Below are positions 16,873-28,800 of a stretch of 32,000 nucleotides of DNA, one piece after another. Numbering within the stretch: the stretch's first letter is position 1; every line of letters begins with the position of its first letter. The stretch is taken from assembly GCA_030604855.1 (NCBI GenBank), contig JAUVVC010000007.1, forward strand, positions 38,748 to 70,747, written 5' to 3'. This stretch comes from Erysipelotrichaceae bacterium (GTDB lineage Bacteria > Bacillota_I > Bacilli_A > Erysipelotrichales > Erysipelotrichaceae). Under the pieces are notes generated by a model that was given only the letters and a program-made list of their open reading frames with translations, was not told the DNA's origin and ran no database searches. The translations under genes were made by a program, and so were the position numbers.

Positions 16873-18951
16873 CTAGTTACTGCTTGCGTTCTTTTTGGCA
16901 ACCTTTTCAGCAATGGACTTTGGAACTTCACTGTAGTGGTCGAAAGTCATCGCATAGGTACCACGACCTTGCGTGAATGAACGAAGATCGGTTGCATATC
17001 CAAACATTTCGGATAGTGGAATCTCAGACTTGACGATGATCGCGTTGCCACGTTCTTCTTGGTCTTTGATAACACCACGACGGCTGGATACGTCACCCAT
17101 AACAGAACCCAAATATTCATTTGGTGCTGTGACTTCAACGGACATGATTGGTTCAAGTAGAACCGGATTACATTTCTTAGCTGCTTCTTTGAGTGCTAAG
17201 GAACCCGCTACTTTATACGCCATTTCCGAGGAGTCGACGTCATGGTAGGATCCATCAAACAAGGTAGCCTTGATGTCGATGACAGGATATCCAGCAATCA
17301 GGCCATTAGCCAAGGATGATTCGATACCTTCCATCGTAGGCTTGATGTATTCGCGTGGAACGGTTCCACCAACGATGCCGTCAACGAAAGTAAAGCCTTT
17401 ACCCGTCTCATTGGGTTCAAATTTGACCCAAACATGACCGTATTGACCACGTCCGCCCGACTGACGAACGAATTTACCTTCACATTCAGCTGCTGCACGA
17501 ATGGTTTCGCGGTAAGCAACTTGTGGAGCACCAACATTGGCTTCAACTTTGAATTCACGCTTCATACGATCGACTAAGATATCCAAGTGCAACTCACCCA
17601 TACCGGCAATGATGGTTTGACCCGTTTCATGATCGGTAAAGGTTCTGAACGTTGGATCTTCTTCAGCCAACTTACTCAACGCCAGACCCATCTTATCTTG
17701 GTCACCCTTTGATTTAGGCTCAATGGCAACGTTGATAACAGGTTCGGGGAAAGTCATGGACTCAAGAATGATCGCATTCTTCTCATCACACAAGGTGTCG
17801 CCCGTCGTCGTATTCTTCAAACCAACCGCAGCTGCGATGTCACCGGAATAGACTTGTTGAATCTCTTGACGGTGATTGGCATGCATCTGCATGATGCGTC
17901 CGAAACGTTCACGAACATCTTTTGTAGAGTTGAATACATAAGAACCCGAAGTAATGGTTCCTGAATAAACACGGAAATAGGTTAGACGTCCAACAAATGG
18001 ATCCGTCATGACTTTAAATGCCAACGAAGAGAATGGTTCTTCATCACTGCTGTGACGAACATCTTCTTCACCATCCATGGTTACACCTGTGATTGCAGGG
18101 ACATCTAATGGAGAAGGCAAGTAATCCACAACTGCATCCAACATTGCTGTAACACCCTTATTCTTATAGGATGCACCGCAAAGAACTGGATAGAATTCAC
18201 CCGTGATGGTAGCTTTACGGATCGCAGCCTTGATTTCTTCAACCGTTGGCTCTTCACCTTCTAGAATCTTCATCACGAGATCATCATCATAGTCCGCGAC
18301 CATTTCGATCAAGGCATGACGATACTTTTCAACTTCTTCTTTCATTTCTGCAGGAATATCGGTAAAGGTATCTTCCTTTTCCTTTGCGCCTGAGAAAATG
18401 CGAGCTTTTAATTCAACCAAATCAATCAAACCATCAAAGTAGTTCTCAGCACCGATCGGTAATTGGATCGGAGTCGCTTTAGCACCTAAACGTGTTTGCA
18501 AAGATCTGAAAGACATGTAGAAATCTGCACCGGTCGCATCCAACTTATTGACGAAAACGATACGAGGCACACCATACTTTGTCGCTTGACGCCATACGGT
18601 TTCAGTTTGAGGTTCAACCCCAGACTTACCATCTAAGACAGTGACCGCACCATCCAAGACACGCAAGGACCGTTCAACTTCAACAGTGAAGTCGACGTGA
18701 CCCGGTGTATCGATGACATTGATACGGTGACCCTTCCAATGAGCAGTCGTAGCAGCGGATGTGATGGTGATCCCACGTTCTTGTTCTTGAGCCATCCAGT
18801 CCATGGTCGCTGCGCCATCATGAACCTCACCAATTTTATGTGTTACGCCTGTGTAGTAGAGAATACGTTCCGTCGTTGTGGTCTTACCCGCATCGATATG
18901 GGCCATAATCCCGATATTACGTGTATTCTTAATAGAATATTCACGTGCCAT
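16873..18951 (-). CDS. fusA: Elongation factor G
   Basis: 692 aa, [24 protein letters not shown]...DTPGHVDF...NKLD. Canonical EF-G. Confidence 0.99.
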   Translation of the reverse strand: MAREYSIKNTRNIGIMAHIDAGKTTTTERILYYTGVTHKIGEVHDGAATMDWMAQEQERGITITSAATTAHWKGHRINVIDTPGHVDFTVEVERSLRVLDGAVTVLDGKSGVEPQTETVWRQATKYGVPRIVFVNKLDATGADFYMSFRSLQTRLGAKATPIQLPIGAENYFDGLIDLVELKARIFSGAKEKEDTFTDIPAEMKEEVEKYRHALIEMVADYDDDLVMKILEGEEPTVEEIKAAIRKATITGEFYPVLCGASYKNKGVTAMLDAVVDYLPSPLDVPAITGVTMDGEEDVRHSSDEEPFSSLAFKVMTDPFVGRLTYFRVYSGTITSGSYVFNSTKDVRERFGRIMQMHANHRQEIQQVYSGDIAAAVGLKNTTTGDTLCDEKNAIILESMTFPEPVINVAIEPKSKGDQDKMGLALSKLAEEDPTFRTFTDHETGQTIIAGMGELHLDILVDRMKREFKVEANVGAPQVAYRETIRAAAECEGKFVRQSGGRGQYGHVWVKFEPNETGKGFTFVDGIVGGTVPREYIKPTMEGIESSLANGLIAGYPVIDIKATLFDGSYHDVDSSEMAYKVAGSLALKEAAKKCNPVLLEPIMSVEVTAPNEYLGSVMGDVSSRRGVIKDQEERGNAIIVKSEIPLSEMFGYATDLRSFTQGRGTYAMTFDHYSEVPKSIAEKVAKKNASSN

Positions 18952-18989
18952 AATATGTAGCCTCCTTTCCTAGTAAACCTCGCACTATC

Positions 18990-19460
18990 TTACCAACGGT
19001 AATGAGCAAAGGCTTTATTTGCTTCAGCCATACGGTGGATATCATCACGTTTCTTAACGGATGCTCCTGTTCCATTGGCCGCATCTACGATTTCATTCGC
19101 TAAACGAAGTTCCATTGTTTTTTCGTTACGCAAACGAGCGTAGTTCACCAACCAACGTAAACCCAAAGTCAAACGACGTTCTGCAGATACTTCTACCGGT
19201 ACTTGGTAGTTGGATCCACCGACACGACGTGCCTTTAGTTCTAACATCGGCATGATGTTGGAAAGTGCTTGTTCAAAGACTTCCATCGGATTGCGTCCTG
19301 TTTTTGCTTCGATCTTATCGAAAGCATCGTATAGGATGGTTTGCGCGACGCCACGTTTACCATCAATCATGATTTTATTAATTAAACGAGTAACCAGCTT
19401 TGAGTTGTAAATTGGATCGACCAATACTTCTCGCTTGGCTATATAACCTTTTCTTGGCAT
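18990..19460 (-). CDS. rpsG: 30S ribosomal protein S7
   Basis: 156 aa, MPRKG....[31 protein letters not shown]. Canonical S7. Confidence 0.98.
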   Translation of the reverse strand: MPRKGYIAKREVLVDPIYNSKLVTRLINKIMIDGKRGVAQTILYDAFDKIEAKTGRNPMEVFEQALSNIMPMLELKARRVGGSNYQVPVEVSAERRLTLGLRWLVNYARLRNEKTMELRLANEIVDAANGTGASVKKRDDIHRMAEANKAFAHYRW

Positions 19461-19474
19461 GGTTCAATACCTCC

Positions 19475-19894
19475 TTACTTGCCTGCTTTAGGACGTTTTA
19501 CGCCATAAAGTGAACGGCCTTGTTTGCGGTTGTTGACACCAGCACAGTCCAATGTTCCACGAATGATGTGGTAACGGACCCCTGGTAAATCTTTTACACG
19601 ACCTCCACGAATCAAGACGACGCTGTGTTCTTGTAGATTATGACCGATCCCTGGGATATAGGCCATGACTTCCATTCCATTGCTCAAACGTACACGCGCA
19701 TATTTACGCAAAGCAGAGTTTGGCTTCTTCGGTGTCATCGTCCCTACACGAGTACAAACACCTCGTTTTTGTGGGGAAGAGATGTCAGTTGGGCGACGTT
19801 GCAATGTATTCAAGCCTCTGTTTAATGCAGGCGACTTTGATTTGTATGTTTTGTTTACACGACCTTGACTGACCAATTGGTTGATTGTAGGCAT
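19475..19894 (-). CDS. rpsL: 30S ribosomal protein S12
   Basis: 139 aa, MPTINQLV...[33 protein letters not shown]. Canonical S12. Confidence 0.99.
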   Translation of the reverse strand: MPTINQLVSQGRVNKTYKSKSPALNRGLNTLQRRPTDISSPQKRGVCTRVGTMTPKKPNSALRKYARVRLSNGMEVMAYIPGIGHNLQEHSVVLIRGGRVKDLPGVRYHIIRGTLDCAGVNNRKQGRSLYGVKRPKAGK

Positions 19895-19995
19895 ACGCTA
19901 CTCCTTTCTTTCCTTTGCACACACTTCCGGGTGTGCCTAACTTTTCTACAAAATGATATTTCCCTTTCAGGAAATGTCATTTCATAAGCTAGTAA

Positions 19996-20024
19996 ATAAT
20001 AAATGTTTTTAGAATGCTTGTCAA
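19996..20024 (-). promoter_or_regulatory. Candidate str-operon promoter: TTGACA-17-TATTAT
   Basis: On the minus strand, a consensus TTGACA lies at 20024..20019, followed by a 17-nt spacer and TATTAT at 20001..19996. This leaves a ~95-nt structured leader before rpsL. Confidence 0.6.
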
Positions 20025-20072
20025 TACATAGTGAAGTGAAACGCCTGAATATTTTCAAGCGTTTCACATTTA

Positions 20073-23000
20073 TTAATAGTCGGCTTCTTCTTCCTTACCA
20101 TCACGGATCATTTCCGGAGGTAAGCTCTGTTCTTCCATCAGTCTGCGATTGACTTCTTCACGAGCTTCTTTCATTTCACCAGCAAGTTCAATGATTTGCG
20201 TCGTACTTTCACGTTCCGCATGAGAACCTGTACCCGCAGGAATCTTCTTACCGATGATGACGTTTTCCTTCAGACCCAATAAGTGGTCAACTTTGCCCTT
20301 GATGGACGCATCGGTCAATACCTTGGTGGTTTCTTGGAATGATGCGGCAGATAGGAATGAATCCGTTTCAACCGAGGACTTGGAAATACCCAACAGTACA
20401 GGTTTGAAGGTTGCTGGACGACGACCGCTTAACAAGGCTTTCTTATTAAGGTTGGTGATGTTCGGCAAACTGATCTGAACGCCTGCGCTCATGTGTGTAT
20501 CACGACCATCCGTGACCACGACCTTACGCAACATTTGTTTGATCATGACTTCAATATGTTTGTCAGAGATTTCAATCCCTTGACTTTGGTATACTTTCTT
20601 AACTTCTTTGAGGATGTAGTTTTGAACGCTGAGTACGCCACCGACTTCTAAGAGTTCCTTAGGATCGATATGATCCTCAGTCAACTTGTCACCGGCTTCG
20701 ATCTCAACACCAACCTTGATCCAAGGACGGATGTGCTGGGTCAAGGATGCGAAGTGTTCAACACTTTCCTTTTCATTCGTGATGACGATACGCATCAACA
20801 AGTCTTTGTTACCGCGACTTTCCGTACCATCTTCAGGTGTCTTGAAGGATTCCAAATCACGGATCTTCTTGAACTTCTGTTCTTCCGTGTTCACAACCGA
20901 CAAGAGATAGGAGTAGATATTCGGGTCAACCCCTTCAATCGTAGTGATCGTACCAGAGATCTTCGCTAAGAGCGCAGGTTTCTTCGGACGACGGGCTTCA
21001 AAGAGTTCTTCGACACGCGGCAAACCTTGTGTGATATCGCCCCCTTCAGCAGCAGCGACCCCACCGGTGTGGAAGGTACGCATGGTTAACTGAGTACCTG
21101 GTTCCCCAATGGATTGAGCAGCCATGATACCAACAGCCTCGCCCACTTCAACGATCTTACCCGTTGCCATGTTGCGACCATAACACTTCTTACATACACC
21201 GTAGATGGATTCACAAGAGAACACATTACGAATGAGGACCTTCTTGACACCTGCTTCAACAATTTGGCGAGCGATGTCGTCGGTGATGAGTTCATCACTT
21301 TCAACCAAGACTTCCTGGGTTGTTGGATGAATGACATCTTCCTTGGCATAACGTCCAACCAAACGGTCGTAGATGCCTTCAATAACGGAGTTGGTCTTAC
21401 GATCCATGATGTCTTCCACAACATACGCACGATCGGTTCCACAGTCTTCTTCAGAGATCAAGAGGTCTTGCGCAACGTCAACCAAACGACGAGTCAAGTA
21501 ACCCGATTCTGCTGTTTTCAAAGCGGTATCGGTCAAACCTTTACGGACACCGTGCGTCGAGATAAAGAATTCGGAAACGTTCAAACCTTTACGGAATGAG
21601 GAGTAGATCGGGACTTCGAAGATCGAGGTCGCGTACTTACGTTCACGCAAGGCTTCAACTTTAACGGCATCACGGACTTCGGTTCCACCTTGATCTGGCG
21701 TGTAAGCCACTTCATTGTCTTTGACTTCCAAGAACTTCTTATAGGAGATCTTTTCAGAATCAATGAGTTTCTTCGCCAAATCATAGAACGAATCATCCAA
21801 ATCCTTATTGTTCACACGCAATTGTGCGATTTCATCTGAATGCAATGTTTGTAAAATCTTATCGGACTCCACCTGAATCAACTTGCGTGTCTTCGCGATG
21901 AGTTCACGACGTTGCCAACGAGCGATGTGCTCAGTGGAAACTTTGTCTTCTTCAATCAAACCTTCCGCTACATTGCGGATGAGTTCCATGTTTTTGCCTT
22001 TGGCTTCTGCTAGGATCTCAGTTTGAATGCCGCTGAGTAAGCCACGGATTTCGGCCGCATCGAGCGCCAACATCTCCATGACCAATTTCTTGGTGTCCAA
22101 ACGATCTAAGAAAGCTTGATCGATACGATTTGCCTTTAGTAATTCCAAGGCGATCGAAGGGAACTGCTTACGTTCGATTTGTTCGAGATCGTAAGACTCT
22201 TCGACCAAGGCCAAGACTTCACGAGCACCTTCTTCAAGGTAACTTACAGTTTTGGAAACCATTTCCTTGAGTACGACATACTCTTCGAGTTGGACTTGGG
22301 TGAAGCGGCCATCTTCGATGATCGCGTCACTAATACGCTTATGGGAATCTGCTTTCAGCTTCTTATCTTTGTGTTCATTCAATGAGATGATTTCTTCATC
22401 ACTGAGTAACTCAATAATGAAATCATCTTGATTCTTCAAACCATCCATGATGACTTTACGAAGTTCTGCCTTTTGGAGAAGTTCATCATCCAAACGCAAA
22501 TCATTCATCAAAGTTTCAATCAATGGCTTCAATTCTTCAGAACGTTGTTTCTTACCCTTGATGTTCTTCAGGATGAGTTTATCTTCATCACTCAAGAGGT
22601 CCATGATTTCAGGCGTTGCCAAAGCAAGGTGCTCTGCCAACAAGGAAGACTTCTCTTTGCGAATATCGCTTTCGAGTTTCTCCAACATCTGCATGGAAAC
22701 ACGGTTCTCATCCACCAAGTGTTCCGCAAGTACATTCACATATTCATCACGATTCGCACGTTTCAGACGTAAACCATCCAATTCTTTCTGCGTGGTGATG
22801 TTTTTAATGAAATTGCTTTCTTTTTCTAGATGTTTCTTGATGAACTCCGGAACGATCAAGAGCATGTGTGCTTGTTGGACCTTATCCAAGTTCAAGGCAT
22901 TGTCATTCATCAAGCTCAACGCAAAGTTGCGTAGACCTTCATGGTTCTTGGTGCGATTGATGGATTTGAGTTCCAACTTTTGATCCGGCGTCAAAAGGTC

Positions 23001-25859
23001 GACGATCATAGGGGATTCTTTACTCAAAAGCTCCATAACCGTTACACGCAATTGACGTGAGAGTTCTGCTTTATGCAAGGTTTCTTCCGTAACACGGTTT
23101 TCTTCTACCAAGCGACGGCCTAAAGCTTGCAGGACTTCTGCTTTTTCCTTCAAATCACGAATGGACTTGATGGTTTTGATTTCTGCAGAGGACAATTCAG
23201 CGTAGATTTCTTTGGATTCTTCTTTGAGAAGTTCCAAGATGAGACTTTGTTTCTGACGGCTGGACGTTGCTTTACGCAAGATATCATCCAAACCTTCTTT
23301 CTTCTTACGATCCACCAACATGTCTGCGATGTTACGCATGAACTCAACTTTATGCGGTCCTTCTTCAAGACTGTTGAGTTTATCGATGTCATCACTAGGA
23401 ATGAGGTAATCAAGAACACCCCAATCGATCAAGTCAACGACCTTATCGATCAATGGTTCTTTATTCTTAGTTACGTCTTCGGATTCATATTGTTGGAGAA
23501 CATCGCCTGAAGTCGCGGCTTTGAATGGTTTACCCATCAAACCACGTGTACCTGCCAACTGGGTGAAGTGGGACGCGTTACCACGCGCTCCAGAGGTCTT
23601 CATCATGTTGATTGGATTCTTACGTGGAAGATGTGCTTCCAAGTCTTTTCCGATTTCAGATTTGATACGATCCCACAAGATGGTCACATGACGTTCCCAC
23701 TCACGAGGGGTCAGACGTCCACGTTGACGGAGTTCCATCAATTTGGCTTCTTGAACTTTACCTTGTTCAACATAATCATGGGTATTCGGGGATACGACGA
23801 TGTCACTGAGGGCGACGGTCATACCGGCAACCGTGGAATACTTGAATCCATTGTCTTTGATCTTATCTAAGATCTGGGAGGTTTGGGAGGTTCCATAACG
23901 GTTGAAGACTTCCGAGATGATGGATCCAAGATCCTTCTTCTTGTAGTCCTTACTGATTTCGAGTTTAGCGACATAATCTTTAACGTTTTGGCCTTGTGGG
24001 ACAAAGTAACGATTTGGGGTCGCGACGAAGTTTTCTTTGGTGACTTCATTCAAGTATGGGAAATCACTTGGGAACATTTCATTGAAGATCAACTTACCCA
24101 CAGTTGTGATCAAGTAACCTTTGTTTTGGTCCGGTGTGAAACCGAGTTTACCTAAAGTTGAGGCCTTGACTGCGATACGTGTGTGTAAGTGAATGTGTTT
24201 GTTTTCGTATGCGATGACAGCTTCATTGATGTCACGGTAGACGTGACCCTCATTGGATCCAAACAAACGCCACATACGTGCATTCTCAAGATCCCCTAAA
24301 GCTTCCAAAGCATCTGCTTTCGCAAAGTACTCCTGAGCGCCTTCTTCCATGTTCAGATAGAAGTTACCCATGACCATGTCCTGTGACGGTGTGACGATGG
24401 GCTTACCATCTTTTGGACCCAAGATATTATTGGAACCCAACATCAAGATTTCAGCCTCAGCACGTGCCGATTCAGAAAGTGGTACGTGGACAGCCATTTG
24501 GTCACCATCAAAGTCGGCGTTGAACGCTGGGGTTACCAATGGATGCAAACGAATGGCACGACCTTCAACCAACTTCGGCATAAAGGCTTGGATACCCAGA
24601 CGGTGCAAGGTAGGCGCACGGTTCAAGAGAACCGGATGGTTTTCAATGACGGACTCGACGACGTCCCAGACGCGTGGATCTTGACGTTCGATGAGCTTTT
24701 CAGCACTCTTCGGATTCGAAGAAATGCCACGATTTACGATTTCGTTGATAACGAAAGGTTTGAACAACTGAATCGCCATTTCACGTGGAATACCACATTG
24801 GAACATTTTCAAATCTGGTCCAACGGCGATAACGGAACGACCCGAGAAGTCGACACGTTTACCCAAAAGGTTTTGACGGAAACGACCTTGTTTACCTTTT
24901 AGGCTGTGTGACAAGGACTTCAAGGCACGACCACCGGCACCTGAGATTGGTTTGGAACGACGTCCATTGTCAATCAAGGCATCGACAGCTTCTTGAAGCA
25001 TACGCTTTTCATTTTGTACGATGATCGCAGGCGTACCCATATCGATGAGCTTACGCAAACGATTGTTACGGGTGATGACACGACGATAGAGGTCGTTCAA
25101 GTCACTGGTCGCAAAACGTCCACCGTCCAACTGCAACATTGGTCTTAAATCAGGTGGAATAACTGGAAGCATGGTCAAGACCATCCATTCCGGTTGATTG
25201 CTGCTATTACGGAACGCATCAATGGTTTCCAAACGTTTGATCAATTTCTTACGCTTGTCGCCTTGTGCTTCCTTCAAGTCTTCGATGACATGTTTGTGTT
25301 CTTTTTCAAGATCCACACGTTCCAACAATTCCTTGACCGCTTCAGCACCGGTTTTGGCAACGAAAGTTCCGTAGCCATAACGACGTGTGAAATTACGGTA
25401 GTCTTGTTCAGACAAGATTTGTTTGAATTGTAGGTTCGTTGAACCTGGATCGGTAACGACCCATGATACGAAGTAAACGACTTCTTCCAAGTTCTTAGGT
25501 GTGATGCCTAACAACAAGCTCATGCGTGAAGGAATTCCACGGAGATACCAGATATGGGCAACAGGTGCTGCCAATTCGATATGACCCATGCGTTCACGAC
25601 GAACGGATGATTTGGTTACTTCAACGCCACAACGGTCACAAACGACCCCTTTGTAACGTACTTTCTTATACTTACCACAGTAACATTCCCAGTCTTTGGA
25701 AGGTCCGAAAATCTTTTCACAGAATAGACCATCCCGTTCAGGTTTTTGTGAGCGGTAGTTAATGGTTTCTGGCTTTTTAACTTCACCGTGGGACCATTCA
25801 CGAATTAATTCAGGCGAGGCTAATCCAATTTGGATCGCTGCAAAATTGTTTATACTCAT
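20073..25859 (-). CDS. rpoC: DNA-directed RNA polymerase beta-prime subunit, greatly enlarged (1928 aa)
   Basis: Has the N-terminal Zn motif [23 protein letters not shown], the catalytic [12 protein letters not shown], the bridge helix [34 protein letters not shown], and the trigger loop [23 protein letters not shown] lies before the ATG, 11 nt after the rpoB stop. Confidence 0.99.
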   Translation of the reverse strand: MSINNFAAIQIGLASPELIREWSHGEVKKPETINYRSQKPERDGLFCEKIFGPSKDWECYCGKYKKVRYKGVVCDRCGVEVTKSSVRRERMGHIELAAPVAHIWYLRGIPSRMSLLLGITPKNLEEVVYFVSWVVTDPGSTNLQFKQILSEQDYRNFTRRYGYGTFVAKTGAEAVKELLERVDLEKEHKHVIEDLKEAQGDKRKKLIKRLETIDAFRNSSNQPEWMVLTMLPVIPPDLRPMLQLDGGRFATSDLNDLYRRVITRNNRLRKLIDMGTPAIIVQNEKRMLQEAVDALIDNGRRSKPISGAGGRALKSLSHSLKGKQGRFRQNLLGKRVDFSGRSVIAVGPDLKMFQCGIPREMAIQLFKPFVINEIVNRGISSNPKSAEKLIERQDPRVWDVVESVIENHPVLLNRAPTLHRLGIQAFMPKLVEGRAIRLHPLVTPAFNADFDGDQMAVHVPLSESARAEAEILMLGSNNILGPKDGKPIVTPSQDMVMGNFYLNMEEGAQEYFAKADALEALGDLENARMWRLFGSNEGHVYRDINEAVIAYENKHIHLHTRIAVKASTLGKLGFTPDQNKGYLITTVGKLIFNEMFPSDFPYLNEVTKENFVATPNRYFVPQGQNVKDYVAKLEISKDYKKKDLGSIISEVFNRYGTSQTSQILDKIKDNGFKYSTVAGMTVALSDIVVSPNTHDYVEQGKVQEAKLMELRQRGRLTPREWERHVTILWDRIKSEIGKDLEAHLPRKNPINMMKTSGARGNASHFTQLAGTRGLMGKPFKAATSGDVLQQYESEDVTKNKEPLIDKVVDLIDWGVLDYLIPSDDIDKLNSLEEGPHKVEFMRNIADMLVDRKKKEGLDDILRKATSSRQKQSLILELLKEESKEIYAELSSAEIKTIKSIRDLKEKAEVLQALGRRLVEENRVTEETLHKAELSRQLRVTVMELLSKESPMIVDLLTPDQKLELKSINRTKNHEGLRNFALSLMNDNALNLDKVQQAHMLLIVPEFIKKHLEKESNFIKNITTQKELDGLRLKRANRDEYVNVLAEHLVDENRVSMQMLEKLESDIRKEKSSLLAEHLALATPEIMDLLSDEDKLILKNIKGKKQRSEELKPLIETLMNDLRLDDELLQKAELRKVIMDGLKNQDDFIIELLSDEEIISLNEHKDKKLKADSHKRISDAIIEDGRFTQVQLEEYVVLKEMVSKTVSYLEEGAREVLALVEESYDLEQIERKQFPSIALELLKANRIDQAFLDRLDTKKLVMEMLALDAAEIRGLLSGIQTEILAEAKGKNMELIRNVAEGLIEEDKVSTEHIARWQRRELIAKTRKLIQVESDKILQTLHSDEIAQLRVNNKDLDDSFYDLAKKLIDSEKISYKKFLEVKDNEVAYTPDQGGTEVRDAVKVEALRERKYATSIFEVPIYSSFRKGLNVSEFFISTHGVRKGLTDTALKTAESGYLTRRLVDVAQDLLISEEDCGTDRAYVVEDIMDRKTNSVIEGIYDRLVGRYAKEDVIHPTTQEVLVESDELITDDIARQIVEAGVKKVLIRNVFSCESIYGVCKKCYGRNMATGKIVEVGEAVGIMAAQSIGEPGTQLTMRTFHTGGVAAAEGGDITQGLPRVEELFEARRPKKPALLAKISGTITTIEGVDPNIYSYLLSVVNTEEQKFKKIRDLESFKTPEDGTESRGNKDLLMRIVITNEKESVEHFASLTQHIRPWIKVGVEIEAGDKLTEDHIDPKELLEVGGVLSVQNYILKEVKKVYQSQGIEISDKHIEVMIKQMLRKVVVTDGRDTHMSAGVQISLPNITNLNKKALLSGRRPATFKPVLLGISKSSVETDSFLSAASFQETTKVLTDASIKGKVDHLLGLKENVIIGKKIPAGTGSHAERESTTQIIELAGEMKEAREEVNRRLMEEQSLPPEMIRDGKEEEADY
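21630..23525 (-). repeat. Lineage-specific insertion within rpoC (about residues 779-1410): nine degenerate tandem ~56-69-aa protein repeats
   Basis: The flanks ...TRGLMGKP and [15 protein letters not shown] are separated by only ~10 aa in B. subtilis and E. coli beta-prime. Here they are ~630 aa apart. A two-anchor periodic pattern is visible by eye (see findings). Confidence 0.85.
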
Positions 25860-25870
25860 GCGGTCTCCTC

Positions 25871-28800
25871 CTATTCTTCCTCGCTGATCTCAGCATAGTC
25901 GTCGGCTCCGACGACTGCTGCTTCAGCGACAAATTCTTCATCTAATGCATAGGTCGTATGAACAAGTTCTTCATCGAGGTTCACCGCAATGGCGTCTTCG
26001 ACTTCAATTTTCTTCATACCCACATCATCCCCGTTTTCATCCAAGAGACGAACATCGATTGCCAAGGCATTGAGTTCATTCTTAAGAACACGGAAGGATT
26101 CAGGTACACCCGGTTCTGGGATATCTTTACCCTTGATGATGGCTTCATAAGTTTTTGTACGACCCATGATGTCATCGGACTTGATGGTTAAGATTTCTTG
26201 TAAGGTATTCGCCGCACCATAGGCTTCAAGTGCCCAAACTTCCATTTCCCCGAAACGTTGACCACCATTTTGAGCTTTACCACCCAAAGGTTGTTGCGTT
26301 ACGAGTGAGTATGGACCTGTTGCACGAGCATGCAATTTATCGTCGACCATGTGCGCCAACTTAATCATGTACATGACCCCAACAGAGATGCGTTCATCAA
26401 AGGCTTCACCGGTACGACCATCAAACAAGGTGGTCTTACCATCTTCACTGAGTTCAGCTTCACGCATGATTTCTTTGAGATCTTCGTTGTTGATACCATC
26501 GAAGACAGGGGTTGCGAATTTGACACCCAACTTCTGAGCCGCTAAGCCCAAGTGGATTTCAAGTACTTGTCCGATGTTCATACGGGATGGAACACCGAAT
26601 GGGTTCAACATGATGTCGACTTGTGAACCATCGGGTAAGAACGGCATGTCTTCAACCGGTAGAATCTTGGAGATGACCCCTTTATTACCATGTCGTCCAG
26701 CCATCTTATCCCCTTCGGAGATCTTACGTTTTTGAACGATGTATACTTTTACGACTTCATTGACACCTGGTGCCAGATCGTGTCCTTCTGAACGCTTAAA
26801 GATACGTACAGATTGAACGATACCACTACCACCATGAGGAACCTTCAGGGAGTTGTCACGAACTTCACGGGACTTGTCGCCAAAGATCGCCAAAAGGAGT
26901 TTTTCTTCAGGTGAGATTTCGCTTTGGCCCTTCGGTGTGACTTTACCCACAAGGATATCGCCTTCCTTAACCTCAGCACCAATCATGACGATTCCACGAG
27001 CATCCAAATGACGGCATGCGTCTTGGGATACGTTTGGAATATCACGTGTGATTTCTTCAGGCCCCAGCTTGGTGTCACGGACTTCGATATCGTATTCCTC
27101 AATATGAATCGAGGTATAGACATCTTCCTTAACCAAACGCTCGGACATGATGACAGCATCTTCATAGTTATAACCATACCAAGTCATGAATGCGATACGG
27201 ACGTTTTGACCCAAAGCCAACTCGCCATCTTGCATCGCAGGTCCATCTGCCAAGACATCCCCACGATCGACCATTTCGCCCTTACGGACCAATGGTTTTT
27301 GATTGATGCAGGTTCCTTGGTTGGAACGTTTGAATTTTTGTAGACTGTAGACTTTTTCACCCGCATCCCCTTGGACGACGACTTTATTGGCATCGACATA
27401 GGTGACGATTCCTTGGCCTGTCGCAATGACGGCACTTCCGGAGTCGGTTGCGATACGGTGTTCAATACCTGTACCGACATAAGGTGAATTTGGACGCAAC
27501 AAAGGAATGGCTTGACGTTGCATGTTCGCACCCATCAAGGCACGGGATGCATCATCGTTTTCCAAATAAGGAATACATGCCGTCGCAACGGAAACGATCT
27601 GTTTTGGCGAAACGTCGGCTAATTCAACCATTTCACGTTTCGTCAAGATGTGGTCACCTTTGTAACGAACGACAACTTCTTCATTCGCTAAACGACCATC
27701 GACCACTTCATTCGCTTGTGCGATGTAGTAATCCATTTCATCATCTGAGGACAAGTAAATGACTTCATCCGATACACTGCCATCTTCTTGAACGATACGG
27801 TAAGGCGTTTGAATGAATCCATACTCATTGACACGTCCATATGAAGTCAAGTTCGAGATCAAACCGATGTTTGGTCCTTCAGGTGTTTCAATTGGACAGA
27901 TACGACCATAGTGAGAGGCATGTACGTCACGGACTTCAAAGCCAGCACGTTCACGGGTCAGACCACCTGGTCCTAAAGCAGAGATACGACGTTTATTGGT
28001 CAGCTCAGCCAATGGATTGGTTTGATCCATGAACTGTGATAATTGAGAAGATGAGAAGAATTCTTTGATCGCAGCCGTCAATGGACGGATGTTGGTCAAG
28101 TTCTTTGGTGTCAGGTTGGTATTGTCTGTGATTGACATACGCTCCTTAACAACACGTTCCATACGGGATAGGCCGATACGGAATTGATTTTGAATCAACT
28201 CGCCTACGGTACGAATACGACGATTGCCCAATTGGTCGATGTCATCGGTTTCACCGATACCATCTTGCAAGTTCACAAGATAAGCAAAGGATGCGAGCAT
28301 GTCACTCATGGTGACGGTTTTCTTCGTCGTCAAAGGATCGGTACCGATGACTTTGATGACTTCTTCGCTTTCCTTGGCATACGCTAAGACGACTTGAACT
28401 GCCGCTCCAATCAACCATACTTCAACACCGGTATTGGCGGAGACAAGGTTGACAAGGGCTTGTTCCTGGTCGGACTTGAGTTTAGCGATGGCTTCACTTG
28501 GAATGTAACGATCAACCAAGTATTCTTGATTGCTGGTCAATACATCCTGATTGTTTGCAGTGATACGGCCTAAGACATAGAAACGTTGACCGTAGTTCAA
28601 GACAGCACGGACATTGCTCTTATCAAGCACAACACGACGTGCGATCAAACCACCATAGATTTGAATGTTTTCATAAGTTGTGGCTAAGGCTTCGACATCC
28701 GTTGATGTCAAAACCATACCCTTGTCAAACACCACACCATTGACTTCACATTCTTCAGCCAAGATACGACCGATTAATGCGAAAGGATGAGCTGTACTGA

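Noticed and set aside
19855-20067. 70-aa minus-strand ORF in the rpoC-rpsL spacer, considered as a possible ybxF/L7Ae-like gene
   Set aside because: The sequence (MKRLKIFRRFTSLCIDKHSK...) has no L7Ae features. It spans the consensus str promoter and leader hairpins and overlaps the rpsL start in another frame. It is most likely non-coding.
21630-23525. Possibility that the rpoC insert is an intein or a mobile-element insertion
   Set aside because: There is no Cys, Ser or Thr at the upstream junction and no His-Asn plus nucleophile at the downstream junction. There are no endonuclease or transposase motifs. The reading frame is continuous, and the content is a periodic repeat array rather than a Hint domain.
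20254-25762. Many plus-strand ORFs of 60-178 aa antisense to rpoC (for example 22447..22983 and 21114..21599), plus similar ORFs antisense to rpoB and to the ribosomal protein genes
   Set aside because: These are shadow ORFs opposite strongly supported genes. They show no start context or motifs. Their abundance follows from codon bias on the coding strand.
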